Source: Ylistrum balloti
Taxonomy: Eukaryota
DNA length: 64,000 nt
Direction: 5' to 3'
Assembly: GCF_031769215.1 (NCBI RefSeq)
Contig: NW_026782031.1
Location: 1 to 64,000 of the forward strand
In this document: positions 51,191 through 64,000 of the stretch, piece by piece
Position numbering within the stretch: the first letter of the stretch is position 1
How the letters are laid out: every line of letters begins with the position of its first letter
Program-made: the position numbers and the translations under genes
Notes under the pieces: generated by a model
Seen by the model: the letters and a program-made list of their open reading frames with translations, nothing else
The model's database searches: none
What the model was told of the DNA's origin: nothing

Positions 51191-51412
51191 CATATGCTGT
51201 AAATAGTGAGTATTTGAATACTAACCTGTGCTTGTACATTGCAGTAAATATGCTGAAAATATTGAGTATTTGAATACTAACCTGTGCTTGTACATTACAG
51301 TAAATATGCTATATATAGTCAGTATTTGAATACTAACCTGTGCTTGTACATTGCAGTAAATATGCTGTAAATAGTGAGTATTTGAATACAAACCTGTGCT
51401 TGTACATTGCAG
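51191..51412 (+). repeat. 56-bp tandem repeat, 4 copies
   Basis: Unit gtgagtatttgaatactaacctgtgcttgtacattgcagtaaatatgctgtaaata starting at 51206, 51262, 51318, 51374. Confidence 0.9.
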
Positions 51413-52883
51413 TTGGATATAACTTTCTATACTAACTGAAACCACTGAAAAGTACCATACTGTAAACTGGGGTCCAGTACATGAAAAGTTTTATCGTTGA
51501 TGTTTTGGCGGGGGACCAGACGTAACAACCCTTGGGGAAATAGTATTAAGGTTGCAAACACTCGAGGATCCCCATCTTTGCTAACTTCACCATCTTTCCC
51601 CTTGGGCTAAGTTCCACTTATCTATATTTTCTTTCGCAATTGCACATAATTCTTCATTCTCTTGTAACGCGCCTTTCAAGGTTATTCATAAAAAGAATTA
51701 AGGATATCCATAAATGGACTTAAGGATATCCAAAAATGGAATTAAGGATATCCATGAATCGATTTATAGGTAAAACTGTTTTTTATTATTGTTTTCTCAG
51801 TTTATGTTTCCAATGTACACAATTAACTGATAACAACAGATAAATAGAAAATAGATGTCTCCTTATTTTTGAATTATCGATACTCTGTTCATTGAAGAAC
51901 ATTTATCACAAAGATTCTTTTGATATGCAGACTGCTGTCTGAACTTTGCTGATTTACCTGACCTACATATAATATTTTAAAATAGCTGAGTATATCGACA
52001 TCGTAAGTAACTTAATGCCTGTGTAACCGTTAAGATTTTCTGTTTTTCCCGGACGCTTAGTCCTCTTTTTGGAATACATTCATGTTTTATCATCACAACA
52101 AATAACCTATATTAGATATTATTGCTACCATCGCAGAAGAAAGAAATCAATATTTTAAAAATTTACAATGGCTTCTCATTTATCCGTATTTGATCTGATA
52201 AAATTGTTAAGATTTTCATCAAATAAATAATCATTTTTGTTTTGGAAAATCATTTATAAATTTCAATTTATTTCATGTCCTTCCCAGTTTTATTACAATG
52301 TTGTTGGATGTATCTTTCTATCTGAGAAAACGAGATGTCGTACTCTAAAAGCAGAATGAAGATTCCCGGTGCTTTGAATCCATTGAACGGCAGATAACAA
52401 GCAGTGACAGATTTACATTTTTGTTAGTTTCTGTCATTAAAGACATGCGTTTCTTTAATTTACTAGTTTCTACAGGTAGATTAAGAAGATATAATATTTT
52501 TAAGTTTGATGTTTATTTGTTCTTTTCTTTTTCAACAATTTTAGTTCTTAACATTCTTAGCAAAGCAATGTTTCTCGCTTTGTCGAGTGTCCCGCCAAAG
52601 CAAGTGTGTGCTAGTGGATGAGAATGTCACACAGGGACTTGGCACACATTCTCAGCCTGCGATTCATATAACCTGTATATGGACCATGGACTGGGATTTC
52701 GTGTCAAGTCCTCGTGGGGTGTCGTGTTGTGTACTAGTCATCGCACTGAAAACGCCCGTGGGTTGCCCCGCCGTCTTCCAACCCATAATCACTTATCAAT
52801 TAAATTCAGATTTCAATCAATAAAGCAAAAAGTATCCGGAAAAAATTAGCTTTTAAACAGACTCGAACATTATGACGTTGATT

Positions 52884-53400
52884 GCCAGTTTTACTAGACT
52901 TTTATCCTGACAGTTTTACTAGACTTTTATCCCGCCAGTTTTACTAGACTTGTATCCCGCCAGTTTTACTAGGCTTTTATCACACACCCCAACCAGTTTT
53001 ACTAGACTTTAATCCCGCCAGTTTTACAAGACTTTAATCCCGCCACTTTTACTAGACTTTTATCCCGCCAGTTTTACTAGGCTTTTATCACACACCCCAA
53101 CCAGTTTTACTAGACTTTTATCCCGCCAGTTTTACTACACTTTTATCCCGCCAGTTTTACCAGGCTTTAATCACACACCCCAACCAGTTTTGCTAGACTT
53201 TTTTCCGCCAGTTTTACTAGACCTTTACCCCGCCAGTTTTACTAGACCTTTATCCCGCCAGTTTTACTAGACTTAAACCAGCCAGTTTTACTAGACTTTA
53301 ATCCGTTAGTTTTACTAGACTTTAACCCCCCCCCCCCCCACCTCAGTTTTACTAGATTTTACACACACCCACCCCCAGTTTTACTAGACTTGTAGACTAT
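52884..53400. repeat. 25-bp minisatellite, about 20 copies, with longer variants
   Basis: Unit ccagttttactagacttttatcccg; variants carry acacacccca or a C run. Confidence 0.95.
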
Positions 53401-53815
53401 ATCCAGTCCGTTTATTATATACAGTGACGTCCTTTACTATAAAGACGCATGTTTCGTGAATCTTTAAACTTATCGTTACCGTTCTCTATTTAAAAAGGGA
53501 AGTAACTCGAGCCACTTTGTTACGCTCACTGGATTAATCTAGTGTAAAGCGATTGAAATTTTCACCGCATGCTTGAAAATCCTAACCGATAGGAAGAACC
53601 ACCTGTATATCTCGTCGGCTGAAATGCCGAAAAGCAGTAATAAGATAAATAAATCTTACATATAGCTGCCAGCGTGAACACGGAGACATTCTTTTATTTG
53701 ATTTAAACATATTTTATTGTATTAATATATACATTGGGATTGGGCACAAGTTGGCCAACTTATATTAAGCCCTTTTCTGAAAACTATTGTACAAACAAAT
53801 ATACAAGATGGCATG

Positions 53816-53959
53816 NNNNNNNNNNNNNNNNNNNNNNNNNNNNNNNNNNNNNNNNNNNNNNNNNNNNNNNNNNNNNNNNNNNNNNNNNNNNNNNNNNNNN
53901 NNNNNNNNNNNNNNNNNNNNNNNNNNNNNNNNNNNNNNNNNNNNNNNNNNNNNNNNNNN
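53816..53959. other. Assembly gap (144 N)
   Basis: Run of n characters. Confidence 1.
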
Positions 53960-54289
53960 ATATGACGTTTATAAAGATAATATAGTTAATATGGTCTCTC
54001 CAAGACAAGGACAACACCATGAACTGTTCACTGTACATTGCTTTCTTACTTTTCTAATGTTCATCACGTCCCGTGCTCATTTTTTTGGAAAAGAACACTA
54101 ATAGATACACTTCTTTTAAGGCCTATCAAAATTTGTACACTAGTTTGTATATTCGTTCAACTTCAAAATTGTCAATCTTCATCTAAATATCATATAGAGT
54201 GCCTAAGTAATCCTAGTATATCAACAGTAAAATAAGCTAGGCCATAGTTTCAAATGTTATTTCTCAGAAACGGCAACCGTACCAGTTAA

Positions 54290-54395
54290 AACACGAGACG
54301 GACGCCGGACACCATGCCGGATTGGGCGACAGACTGACGCCGTGCCGAATTGAGCGACAGACGGACGCCGGACACCATGCCGAATTGGGCGACAA
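54290..54395. repeat. Short CpG-rich imperfect tandem repeat
   Basis: gacggacgccggacaccatgccg(g/a)attgggcgaca occurs twice around a shorter central copy. Confidence 0.75.
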
Positions 54396-55310
54396 GTTAT
54401 GATGGTTTTTTTTTTTACCAATTAGATTAAACGCACACCTGTTACAAAGACATACATTGAAATACATCATGATATGGTGGATGTCAGGTTTGTTGAAGAC
54501 GCATCACATGCTACGTTGGAAGATAGGCTACCGTTTCATTGTAATAGCAGGATTCAGACACGCTCACTTCTCGTGTTCTGATGTTGACGTGTTGCGTCTG
54601 TTATTTATTCAATATTTATTCCCAATTCCATGGTAAACACAGCGTAAGAATTAATCTACATTTTGATAGAATATTTATCACGAAAAAGAATTAGCTGTCG
54701 CGTGTGTATCGTTTATAACCGCTAAAGGTACATCTTATCGATCTGATTGCGTTACTTTTATACAGGTAATTTTTTATATTACATTTCGGTCTGTAATAAG
54801 AAACATGCATGATGCTGGCGATACAATAAGCGGAATTTGGTCCAGGAGTACGCGTAATGTTTTCAGCAACAGTTCATAAATGTGTTTCTTTCTAAATTTT
54901 TTTAAACTAATGTAAACTACGAACTTTTATAAACCTGTAAGTCCCTGGTTCAACAAAAGCTGCCACCTTGTCAGCTTCTAAGTAATATTACCGCTAATTA
55001 TTTAACCAAGGAAATATATGGAAAAGTAAAGATTTCACATGAAAAAAAACACTTGAATTTTCTTTCTCCCAGGGGCTATTGCTCTGTTTGACAACACATT
55101 ACGCAATCTGACGCGATACCACTTTAGGGAATCCTGTTGGACGAGTACAAAGCGTTCTACGTCACTATTAAATCTCAAGGGTGGAGGTTTCCCATTTTGA
55201 GACCACCCCCGAAATTCACGGTCCGTTCAGGTAAACGCTTTGAAGACAGCGACAGGTGAGGGGATTTTAGTGAGGTGTTTTCACTTCGCCGACTTCAATC
55301 AAATCTGAAA

Positions 55311-55666
55311 ATGGCGACGCCGAAGTCGCCAGCAAAATTTCGCTCTTGGAGTTCGATGGACTCTATCGACCCAGCTGACATTCGTCGACTCTATGACCCA
55401 GAATCATCGTCAAAGTCTTCGTCAGTGCGATGTGTGAGCACATGGATGTTTTCATTACTTATTCTGGGATCTTCGGTTTTATTTCTGATAGGTTTACTTG
55501 TAGGATACTACGTGAGGGAAAGCCAAAACTTCGATAATGATCACGGGAGTATAGCACATTGTTTTTACGGTGAAAGAAGCGATGGCTTTTCACCACAACA
55601 AGTAGACTCTGCACACGAGAATGTCATGTATCTACTTTCATCTGAGAATATCAACACATTACAAAG
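55311..55666 (+). CDS. First coding exon of a type II membrane protein, probably peptidase M28B (NAALADase/PSMA/transferrin-receptor-like)
   Basis: MATPKSPAKF...; one TM (WMFSLLILGSSVLFLIGLLVGYYV, compare TfR FLIGFMIGY); ends LLSSENINTLQ(R)|gtgagt, comparable to PSMA LKAENIKKFL with a phase-2 intron at what I recall is the equivalent position. No downstream exon identified in the window. Confidence 0.6.
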
Positions 55667-58600
55667 GTGAGTATTTAAATTTGACAGGTAATTAAAGTAA
55701 GGATTTGTTTATTTTCCGCTGTGAAATAGAGTTTCGATTTGGTCTATTCATTGGCTGTGATAAAATCTGTCATGTAACTTTTTAATGGATTTACGTTGAA
55801 GATTTTATTTAAAAATCAAAACAGTATAATAGCATTTTTTGTTACATTATATAATTTAAAAACAAGACAATAAATGGCTGTTTGCCTTTTGTTACTATCA
55901 ATTTCATACTTTATTTTTGACATCATCAGTCATTTTGATATTAATGTTTTATTAAGAAAAACAGGAAAATAATTAGATAAATAGGAATGGAAATTAAAAG
56001 GTTTTGTTTTGCATGTCAGATATTTATTTATTTACTTTTTTTTGAAGATGAAAAAAATGAATGAAATATCAACAACAAGTATATAGACATTGCTGATATA
56101 TGAAATGTGTGGTATTCATAATGATCCATTATATCTGTGGAATATTTTATATGACCATCATTAGAATGGCCTTATACCACATTCATACCTCAAAATGATG
56201 ATACAGGTATCAGCAGAACTGTTCATGACGTTAAATATTAATACACCATGGTCAGGTGAGCTCTGCCTTTTGTCACCCCTGTCTGGATGACATCTGTCAT
56301 GTGTTCTGTAACCACAGATATCCTGCTGACAGTGTCACCACAAACATAATGTCCCAAAATTTTTTGTGTCATCACCGGTCAATTTAAATCTGACCACTAC
56401 AGTCTGCATGAGTAAAAAACACACATTATACATCTGGAAATCTCTTAATATTTGTTTTCTTTGTACAATTCACCTCTAAACCATGGACTTTGGTATACAT
56501 AAGTTTGTGAACATATTCAAGTGAAAATATTCTCATCTGGATCATTTCTCGTTGAATGCATTTTAGGATTTGAAGAAAGTTTCCCTAATTAAAGATTCAT
56601 ATAATGCTTTAATATTTTAATAAAGTCAGATTAACGAAACATCTAGGAAACTAGAGATGTGTTATCTGTCTGGTATGAATCTGGGGCAATGTTTAGTCCA
56701 GGAGCTGATAGTACATGTACCACACTAATTTTTTATGAGGTAACACAAATTAATCCTTCCAAAAGATATCAGTGAATAAATACTACTTTAATATTATACA
56801 ACAGTTTTTTCTTCGTTCATCATCAGCCTTTTCAATGCCCTGTGATAAGCCCATAATCTGGGGATAATCCCAAAGTGTGCCTCAACGGGATCCTTGGCCC
56901 CTGAAATTAAAATTTACCCCTCCATTGTTCAATTTCCTTTAAATTATTAAAGGATGGCTTCACTAATTTTTTACTTTGCCCTGAGCTTCTGTACGATTTT
57001 CAGTGTCAGAGGTAATGTATTGATATGGGCTTATTTTTCAGGTAAAATACATGAATAGTATAAAGACATACAAATATAGTGACACCACCTGTCAAAATTT
57101 TGTAAATAAAACCTTCAACAATTATATGAAAAAGTCTTCAACAAACCGTTAACAATTAAGATTTTTAAAGAAAAAGAAAAACTGGTTTGCCCACCTGCAG
57201 TCAATAAATCTAAACAACATGTAATTACTGGTAAAGGCAAGGATTGAAGTTTTGCACTCACTTATTCTTTGGTCAGGTTCGGATATAGTTACACAAGAGT
57301 GACAAATTGTGGCTGCCCCTCCTGTCGCTGGACAAAGGGAGGTGATATATAACTTGTACTCTGGACAATATCTAATCCTACCTGCTTATTACATGGTACA
57401 GATAATTCTAGCTGATGTCACTTTCGTTGTTGTATTTCTTTCACCTGGTTCGACTTGCTTGAACTTTATGACCAAAGTGTACTGATGCTACTGTAGATAA
57501 GTGATATATACCTTAACACAAACAAGATACCCTTGTTTAACAAAGTCAACAAAGTTGTAACTACTGAACAGTCTTAAATCAGTCGGTGTATCTACAGGTA
57601 ATTCTGGTTTAAAGTTTTTAACCTTTAGTTTTTCATAATACTGATTAATTGTTAAAATGTTTGAAATCTCATCCAGATGAGCTATAATTTCTGTGTTTTC
57701 CACAAGCTAATGAAAAAGATGATACATGTACATCAAGCCTGACTACCTTATAAGCTGCATCTAAGAGTTAACTTCTGTAAACTTTAAAGGTGTTTTAAGC
57801 TTCTTTAGGGGGTTAAAACATCAAAGAAATTGATGAAGGGACATTCTTTATTATGATGGTGTCTTTTTATAAAAGAGTGAAGATTTGACAGAATTTTTTT
57901 CATGGAAGGTGTTAAAAGCTGTGTGCATCATTAGACAATTCTCCCTCAGGGATTTCAAAACAAGTTTTCCTCTTGATTGCCCAGAATCTGACAAAAGACA
58001 CGCCCCTCTGTTGGTACAAAGAGCTTCACCTTTGATTGCTTACAAAAGGGGTCTGGCCCCTTAGTTTGGAATGAAACACAAAACGGACAGCTGTTGTTCC
58101 ATAGTACTAACTCAACAAAGATGACTTTTGGGCTATCATATTGGGCACCACCAAAGCAACAAACATTGTTGAAGATGATAAAAATAGACCTGTTAAGTTT
58201 TCTTCTAAAGTTGACAGTAAAGGACTAAATATAATCATGTATTAGTACATAGTTAGGCATTAAGCTTCAATTATTTGTGGAATTGTTTAAAGTGTTGTTG
58301 GGACAAAGGAAAATTTCTTTCAGCTCATGCACTATGCAGTCTTACCGAGTTTCAAATCTTGGCTACCAATTAACATTTAATTTACTGTTATGTAATCTCT
58401 GAACACAAGCTTATCATATAAATTACAGGGTAGTGAGATAATAAACATTTAAATATTGTTTAACAAAAAACAGGTAACAAAGTAGATAGCTGACTGTGTT
58501 TGTCAGACAATATGACGATAGACACTGTAGTGAACAAAACAACACATCATAAAAATTTGGAAAAAAATTTAAAAATAAAAAAAAAAAAATTGGAATATTA

Positions 58601-60814
58601 CTGAATGTGCTTTTTGAAAGGTGGAAGAAATCAATTTCCTCTAGGAAATATTCTTTGAAGTATTTGAGAACAATTATATGAAAACAAAGGTGGTAGTTTG
58701 GTGGACACGTTTTGTTGAAATAATTGTTAACATGGAATGTTCAGACTTGAAAATGAATGGAATGTTTATTATTTTCATTCTTGTATATTGGTAACATTGT
58801 TAAATATTTCTTTGTATTCACAATGCATAATAAATCCTCTCTTGGGTGAACTAATCTGCTACCCTTCCTAATCCTACCGACCAGAATCATTTCAATTGTG
58901 ACCATTTTATAACTGATTGGTTTGTTTGAATGAAATGTAATTTGAAATTTTAACATAGCTTTGGAATGTACATGTGTTCATTTAATACACCAGTTGTGTA
59001 TATGTTATAGCTGAAGTTAACCCCTTGATCAGGAGATATACATCACAGGTCATTGATAATGCAAATTATTGTTTTTGTTCGATTAAACAAGATTAATAAA
59101 TGGCTATTATAATAGTAGTATTGATATTAATTAATGTTGGGCCATATCTCTTAATGGTTCCTGATTGGTTGATCAATGTCGATACTGGACTACTTTTTCA
59201 TATTGTAAAAGTTAATGATTGTCATGAAATTTTTTCCTTTTTTCGTGCAAGAGGAATTGTTTTGGATAGCACACAAATTATAGTGATTTAACAAGAAAAA
59301 TTCTTATCAATGATAAAAGGCACAACAATGAATATTGTAATAATTCATAGCTAATTTGATCCAGATAGTACTTCCACAGTGTTCTGTTAGGTAACACTGG
59401 TATATTTATGGCTCTAATTGTAAAGTTTTTCGAATCCGTATATTGATTTTTGGGATTCAAATATTTGAGGCTATGTGCACATGTCTGTACCTTGACTCAT
59501 CAAAATTTAGAAAATGATGCTCTGGACCCACCAGAAAAAATCCTTCAAAAATGACTTCTTTTTGTTCAGAATCTCTAATAGGTCTCAATAATTGTCCCTA
59601 ATTTTAACATTCATTGTTTTTGGTTATAGTTACTTACAAAATAATAACAGAAAATGAAATATTAATCAGTTGCCATGGAAACAATTTTCTAACAAATACT
59701 TTTCACTTATTGCAATGAAATATAAAAAAAGAAATGAAATGGAAAAAAAAAAATTGAAATAGTAAGGGGAGATAATCCTTTGTCAGAGGTGTATATATAG
59801 AGCTTTTGAAATTATATATGATTCACAAAGTGTAGTTTATAACCTTATTTCTTTAGAAGAATTGTAAATATTTAATCAGTTATGAAAATTTAGTATGGAA
59901 CTTGATTAAATTTCATTTTGAGTATAACTATTATAAGATTTTTTCACCTGGTCCGTTACTGAAGCTTAAGAGGAAAGTACAGACATAATGTACATGCATG
60001 CAGTCAATGGAGATGGTGTTATTGAGCTGTGTAATAGAAAATAATCTCCATTTGTCACCGAAAAGATTGATCAATGTATGAATAGTACATGGATCTACAC
60101 CAAAACACCTGGTCTATTAGGAATTTGTACATGTGTCAATAAAGATTGTTACTTTCTTTGTGGAGTCATTTGGTTACTGTAAAACTCCACCTGCTGACAG
60201 AGAGTTACACAGATCAGGCGGATATCTGTTTACTTAAACTTTACAAGGATTCACTGCATGTCCAGGCCCAATAAGGAGCCCTGCCCCTAAATCACAGTCT
60301 GGGCTCTAGTGCAGTCTGTCATTGAATTTTTTTATGGTGTTCTAGGTTTTCTTGTGTGTCTAGAGAGCACAATACAGTGTCTAGTGCAATATAGGAAGTC
60401 TGTTTTATGTTATAGCTGTATATAATTGTTTTGGCTAGATGTCCTTGTGTTAACCAAGTTTTCATCTCCATTCCAAAATATTTACAATATACCTTTAACC
60501 AGAGCTTAAGTACTTTAAAGTGATTTTTTTCCGAGGTATAACTTTAAAGACTTTCTGTCTGATTTTTAGGAAAGATCACTTTAAGCAATCTTTAATGCAT
60601 AATTTATAGAAAACTTTGAAAAAAGATGAATCCAAATGTTAAATATAAAATGATCTCTGGCAGGAATCCTTGTGAAAAGAAATGACATACAAGTAATTTT
60701 CGTGATTTGCTGTTAAAATTGTATTACAGTTTATAAAAACTGCCATATTTATCAAACCCACATACACTATATTTATTGTTGTTCAGTCTGAGCTTTACCA
60801 ACAAATACTATTTC

Positions 60815-61150
60815 AGTGTCCTCACATCTAACTGTGAGTCTGAGGAAGTCACATTACCGTGGTAGACAGAGCAGTTGACCCACACGACCTTGGGTGAAGA
60901 TCCAGTGAATGTGGTTTGATGCTTTTCTATCTGCTGCACTTTCTGTTTCTTAGGTAGCGGAGGGACAGATCTAGAACATTTTGTGTTGTTGTCATGATTC
61001 TGTATTTGAGAAGACAAATTATCTGAATTGTTCTGGATGGCATGTGACGGGCCTTCCATTTTATTCGGGGAATGAGCAACCAGCTACTACAAAGAATCCC
61101 TACCTCAAAATGACCGTGGCCATTCTCAGGGAAATAAAACCTAGAAATCA
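60815..61150 (-). mobile_element. Dispersed SINE/MITE-like element, same family as 38505-38790
   Basis: Reverse complement shares three colinear blocks with 38505-38790; part of it seeds the 280-bp array. Confidence 0.55.
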
Positions 61151-62040
61151 TTTTGAGTCGGAGGTAATATGTAGCTCCTGGACTTGTTCAGAGTACAAGT
61201 AGCTTCATTTCTGCCACACTTTCTGTTTCTTAGGTAGCGGAGGGACAGATCTAGAACATTTTGTGTTGTTGTCATGATTCTGTATTTGAGAAGACAAATT
61301 ATCTGAATTGTTCTGGATGGCATGTGACGGGCCTTCCATTTTATTCAGGGAATGAGCAACCAGCTACTACAAAGAATCCCTACCTCAAAATGACCGTGGC
61401 CATTCTCAGGGAAATAAAACCTAGAAATCATTTTGAGTCGGAGGTAATATGTAGCTCCTGGACTTGTTCAGAGTACAAGTAGCTTCATTTCTGCCACACT
61501 TTCTGTTTCTTAGGTAGCGGAGGGACAGATCTAGAACATTTTGTGTTGTTGTCATGATTCTGTATTTGAGAAGACAAATTATCTGAATTGTTCTGGATGG
61601 CATGTGACGGGCCTTCCATTTTATTCAGGGAATGAGCAACCAGCTACTACAAAGAATCCCTACCTCAAAATGACCGTGGCCATTCTCAGGGAAATAAAAC
61701 CTAGAAATCATTTTGAGTCGGAGGTAATATGTAGCTCCTGGACTTGTTCAGAGTACAAGTAGCTTCATTTCTGCCACACTTTCTGTTTCTTAGGTAGCGG
61801 AGGGACAGATCTAGAACATTTTGTGTTGTTGTCATGATTCTGTATTTGAGAAGACAAATTATCTGAATTGTTCTGGATGGCATGTGACGGGCCTTCCATT
61901 TTATTCAGGGAATGAGCAACCAGCTACTACAAAGAATCCCTACCTCAAAATGACCGTGGCCATTCTCAGGGAAATAAAACCTAGAAATCATTTTGAGTCA
62001 GAGGTAATATGTAACTCCTGGACTTGTTCAGAGTACAAGT
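60937..62040. repeat. 280-bp tandem repeat, about 3.9 near-identical copies
   Basis: Exact 280-bp period (ttctgtttcttaggtagcgg at 60941, 61221, 61501, 61781); I see only three substitutions among the copies. Confidence 0.97.
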
Positions 62041-62799
62041 CGGTTCATTTAAGGAATAGACGTATTGTAAATTACAAACACTTGTAAAATAAAGGAATTT
62101 ATAATAGGAATACTTGTTTAATAAGAAACGTGCACAGGTAAAATAACAACATATAGATAACAAGCTCCCACAGAGTGAGAAAGTCATACACATACCTCAA
62201 AATTGTTCAAAGGTTATGTTAAGTAGTAAAATGTATTGAGAGAGGTATATGAGTAAATACATTGGAAATCTTAAACATCACTGTTGTAAAAACCTCAAAT
62301 GAAAAATCCACAAGAAGTACAGGTGTAAAGAGTGATCACTCAATGGACTGGGTCTATACTCAAGTCTAAACATTGGTTTAACCGTGAATGGACTGTGATC
62401 TTCAGATTTGAGTTTATTTATGTAGGTGATTGGTGAGTTTGTACGTCTGAAGGACATGGTTTGATGAACCTTATAAAACATCAATATTAGGTTACATGTT
62501 TTTTTTAAAGTTTGTTTGATGACAAAAATGTGAATCATTATATGTAATAAAGTATTAGAAAACAGGTACCAGCCTCATCTGTCAATACACCCATACTTAT
62601 AATGTGGGCGTATTGAGAGACGGGGCGGGTACCTGTGATTAGAACTGAGGTTATGCTATATATTGTGTCATTATCTTTGATATGTACATAACTTATAGAA
62701 ACTGCAGGTCTACACCCAGTTCATGTTTGAATCTGTAAATTTATATATTGAAATTGACTCTGCACTAATTTCATAAAGATGTTGTTGTTCTATACACCA

Positions 62800-63420
62800 A
62801 ATTGAGCCAACCATCATCAGTACAATCTGCCATCCTTCCTTAAGCAGTTCTCATTATGGATATTTCTTGAGAAGTTACTGGATGGATCTTTCTCAAAGTT
62901 CATATGTAGGATTTCTTGAACCTTAGTTGTACCCATTTGATCTTGGGACTGATTAGAAAACAAAATTGCTACCAGCTTGTGGCCATCTTGTATTTTAACT
63001 ATGAAAGATTGTTATCACTATTTTTTTTTTCGAGAAGTACGAGAGGTATCTTTGTCAAAGTTCTTTTATAGGTTCCATTTGATCCCAAGTTGTGCCAGTT
63101 TGATTTTGGAAGCAACTAAGAAAAATAAAATGACTGACAGCCTGTGGTCATCTCTTATTTTGTAAGATGAGAGTTTGTTATTGTGTTGCCTGCAGAGCTG
63201 GCGGACACTTAGTGATCACTTTGTCTGTCGTCACATCGTCACGAAGGGTGCAGATTAAGTTTAATTTCAGGCTGTCTGTGACCCTTCTTGGCAGAGTTAT
63301 GCCCCTTTGAACTTAGAAAATTCTCATGGAATATTGTTTTCTGGACTTTTTTGGGTTATGCTTTGAGTTATAGAAATGAAATTCAGTATATGGCTTCTTG
63401 TTGGAAGGGTACAGATTAGT
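62800..63420. mobile_element. Degenerate non-autonomous element remnants (HINE-like)
   Basis: gtggccatcttg, cacttagtgatcactttgtctgtcgtc and agagttatgcccctttgaacttagaaaatt motifs resemble the other remnants here. Boundaries uncertain. Confidence 0.4.
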
Positions 63421-64000
63421 TTTGACATCCAGTTCTGAGGAACTCTTGTTGGTATTTCTATATCAGTACCGGATGAATGTCCCCTTGGTCCTTTTGTTTG
63501 AGTGACCTTTCTGTTTTGAGCATAGTCAGGAAAAAAGTAACCAACAAGTGACCACCTTAAATTTTAAAAATTGAAACCTCATTAGTATACGGATCTTTAT
63601 CAAATTTCATATGTATTTAGCCAAGTCCCCTGGTCCCCTGTATTGCAATGTCGGTATTGGGCTAAGATGGGCAACGTTAATACATTTTACTTGTGGGTTC
63701 TGTGGTCCCTAGCCTGTTGTGCATTGTCCTATTGCAAAATAATCAGAAAAAACAAAATGGCCAAAAGGTGATCGTCTTGGATTTGACAATTAATCAACCT
63801 ATTTATTTTTTTTGAGAGATATTCTCTTTCTTCATTTGATTAGATATGAATAAAGGGGCTAATCAGAGAAAAGATAGGAAAGCTGAGGGCTCAACTGTTA
63901 AGGAAAAATAAAGACTATAAATACAATAGTAAGTGCGAAGGTCCTTCGATGATCTAGATCTCTTGGTCTTGAAATCACCGCAGTATTTGATGGCATACTA

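Noticed and set aside
53734-54101. ORFs spanning the N run
   Set aside because: Artefacts of translating an assembly gap.
60981-62087. Four identical 73-aa plus-strand and 60-aa minus-strand ORFs
   Set aside because: Consequence of the 280-bp repeat; unit length is not a multiple of 3 and the sequence is element-derived.
55667-64000. Search for exon 2 of the M28B-like gene (expected PHxAG-type motif, phase 2)
   Set aside because: No convincing candidate found by eye; presumed beyond the window or too diverged.

Overview
AT-rich, intron-containing animal genomic DNA. The repeat types suggest a mollusc, probably a bivalve (inference). Most entries in the six-frame ORF track are spurious, so genes were rebuilt by hand from splice sites and phase. 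Contents: (1) two intact 4-exon minus-strand paralogs (4751-5713, 10945-11963), each a 202-aa protein I cannot assign to a named family, with an N-terminal hydrophobic segment, a variable exon 2, a second hydrophobic segment and a conserved Cys-containing C-terminal domain, plus a decayed third copy of the last exon (2830-3229); (2) a single-coding-exon class A GPCR (13508-14584); (3) a 13-14 exon MINDY4B-like pseudo-deubiquitinase gene (minus, 23127-49426); (4) the first coding exon of a probable M28B (NAALADase/PSMA/transferrin-receptor-like) type II membrane protein (55311-55666); (5) Tc1 and CR1-like fossils, non-autonomous elements, about a dozen tandem arrays and one N gap. The two strongest leads are the paralog pair, in which only exon 2 and its flanking introns have diverged, and a minisatellite built from an exon/5' splice-site junction that creates up to about 17 potential in-frame micro-exons in the MINDY4B-like gene.
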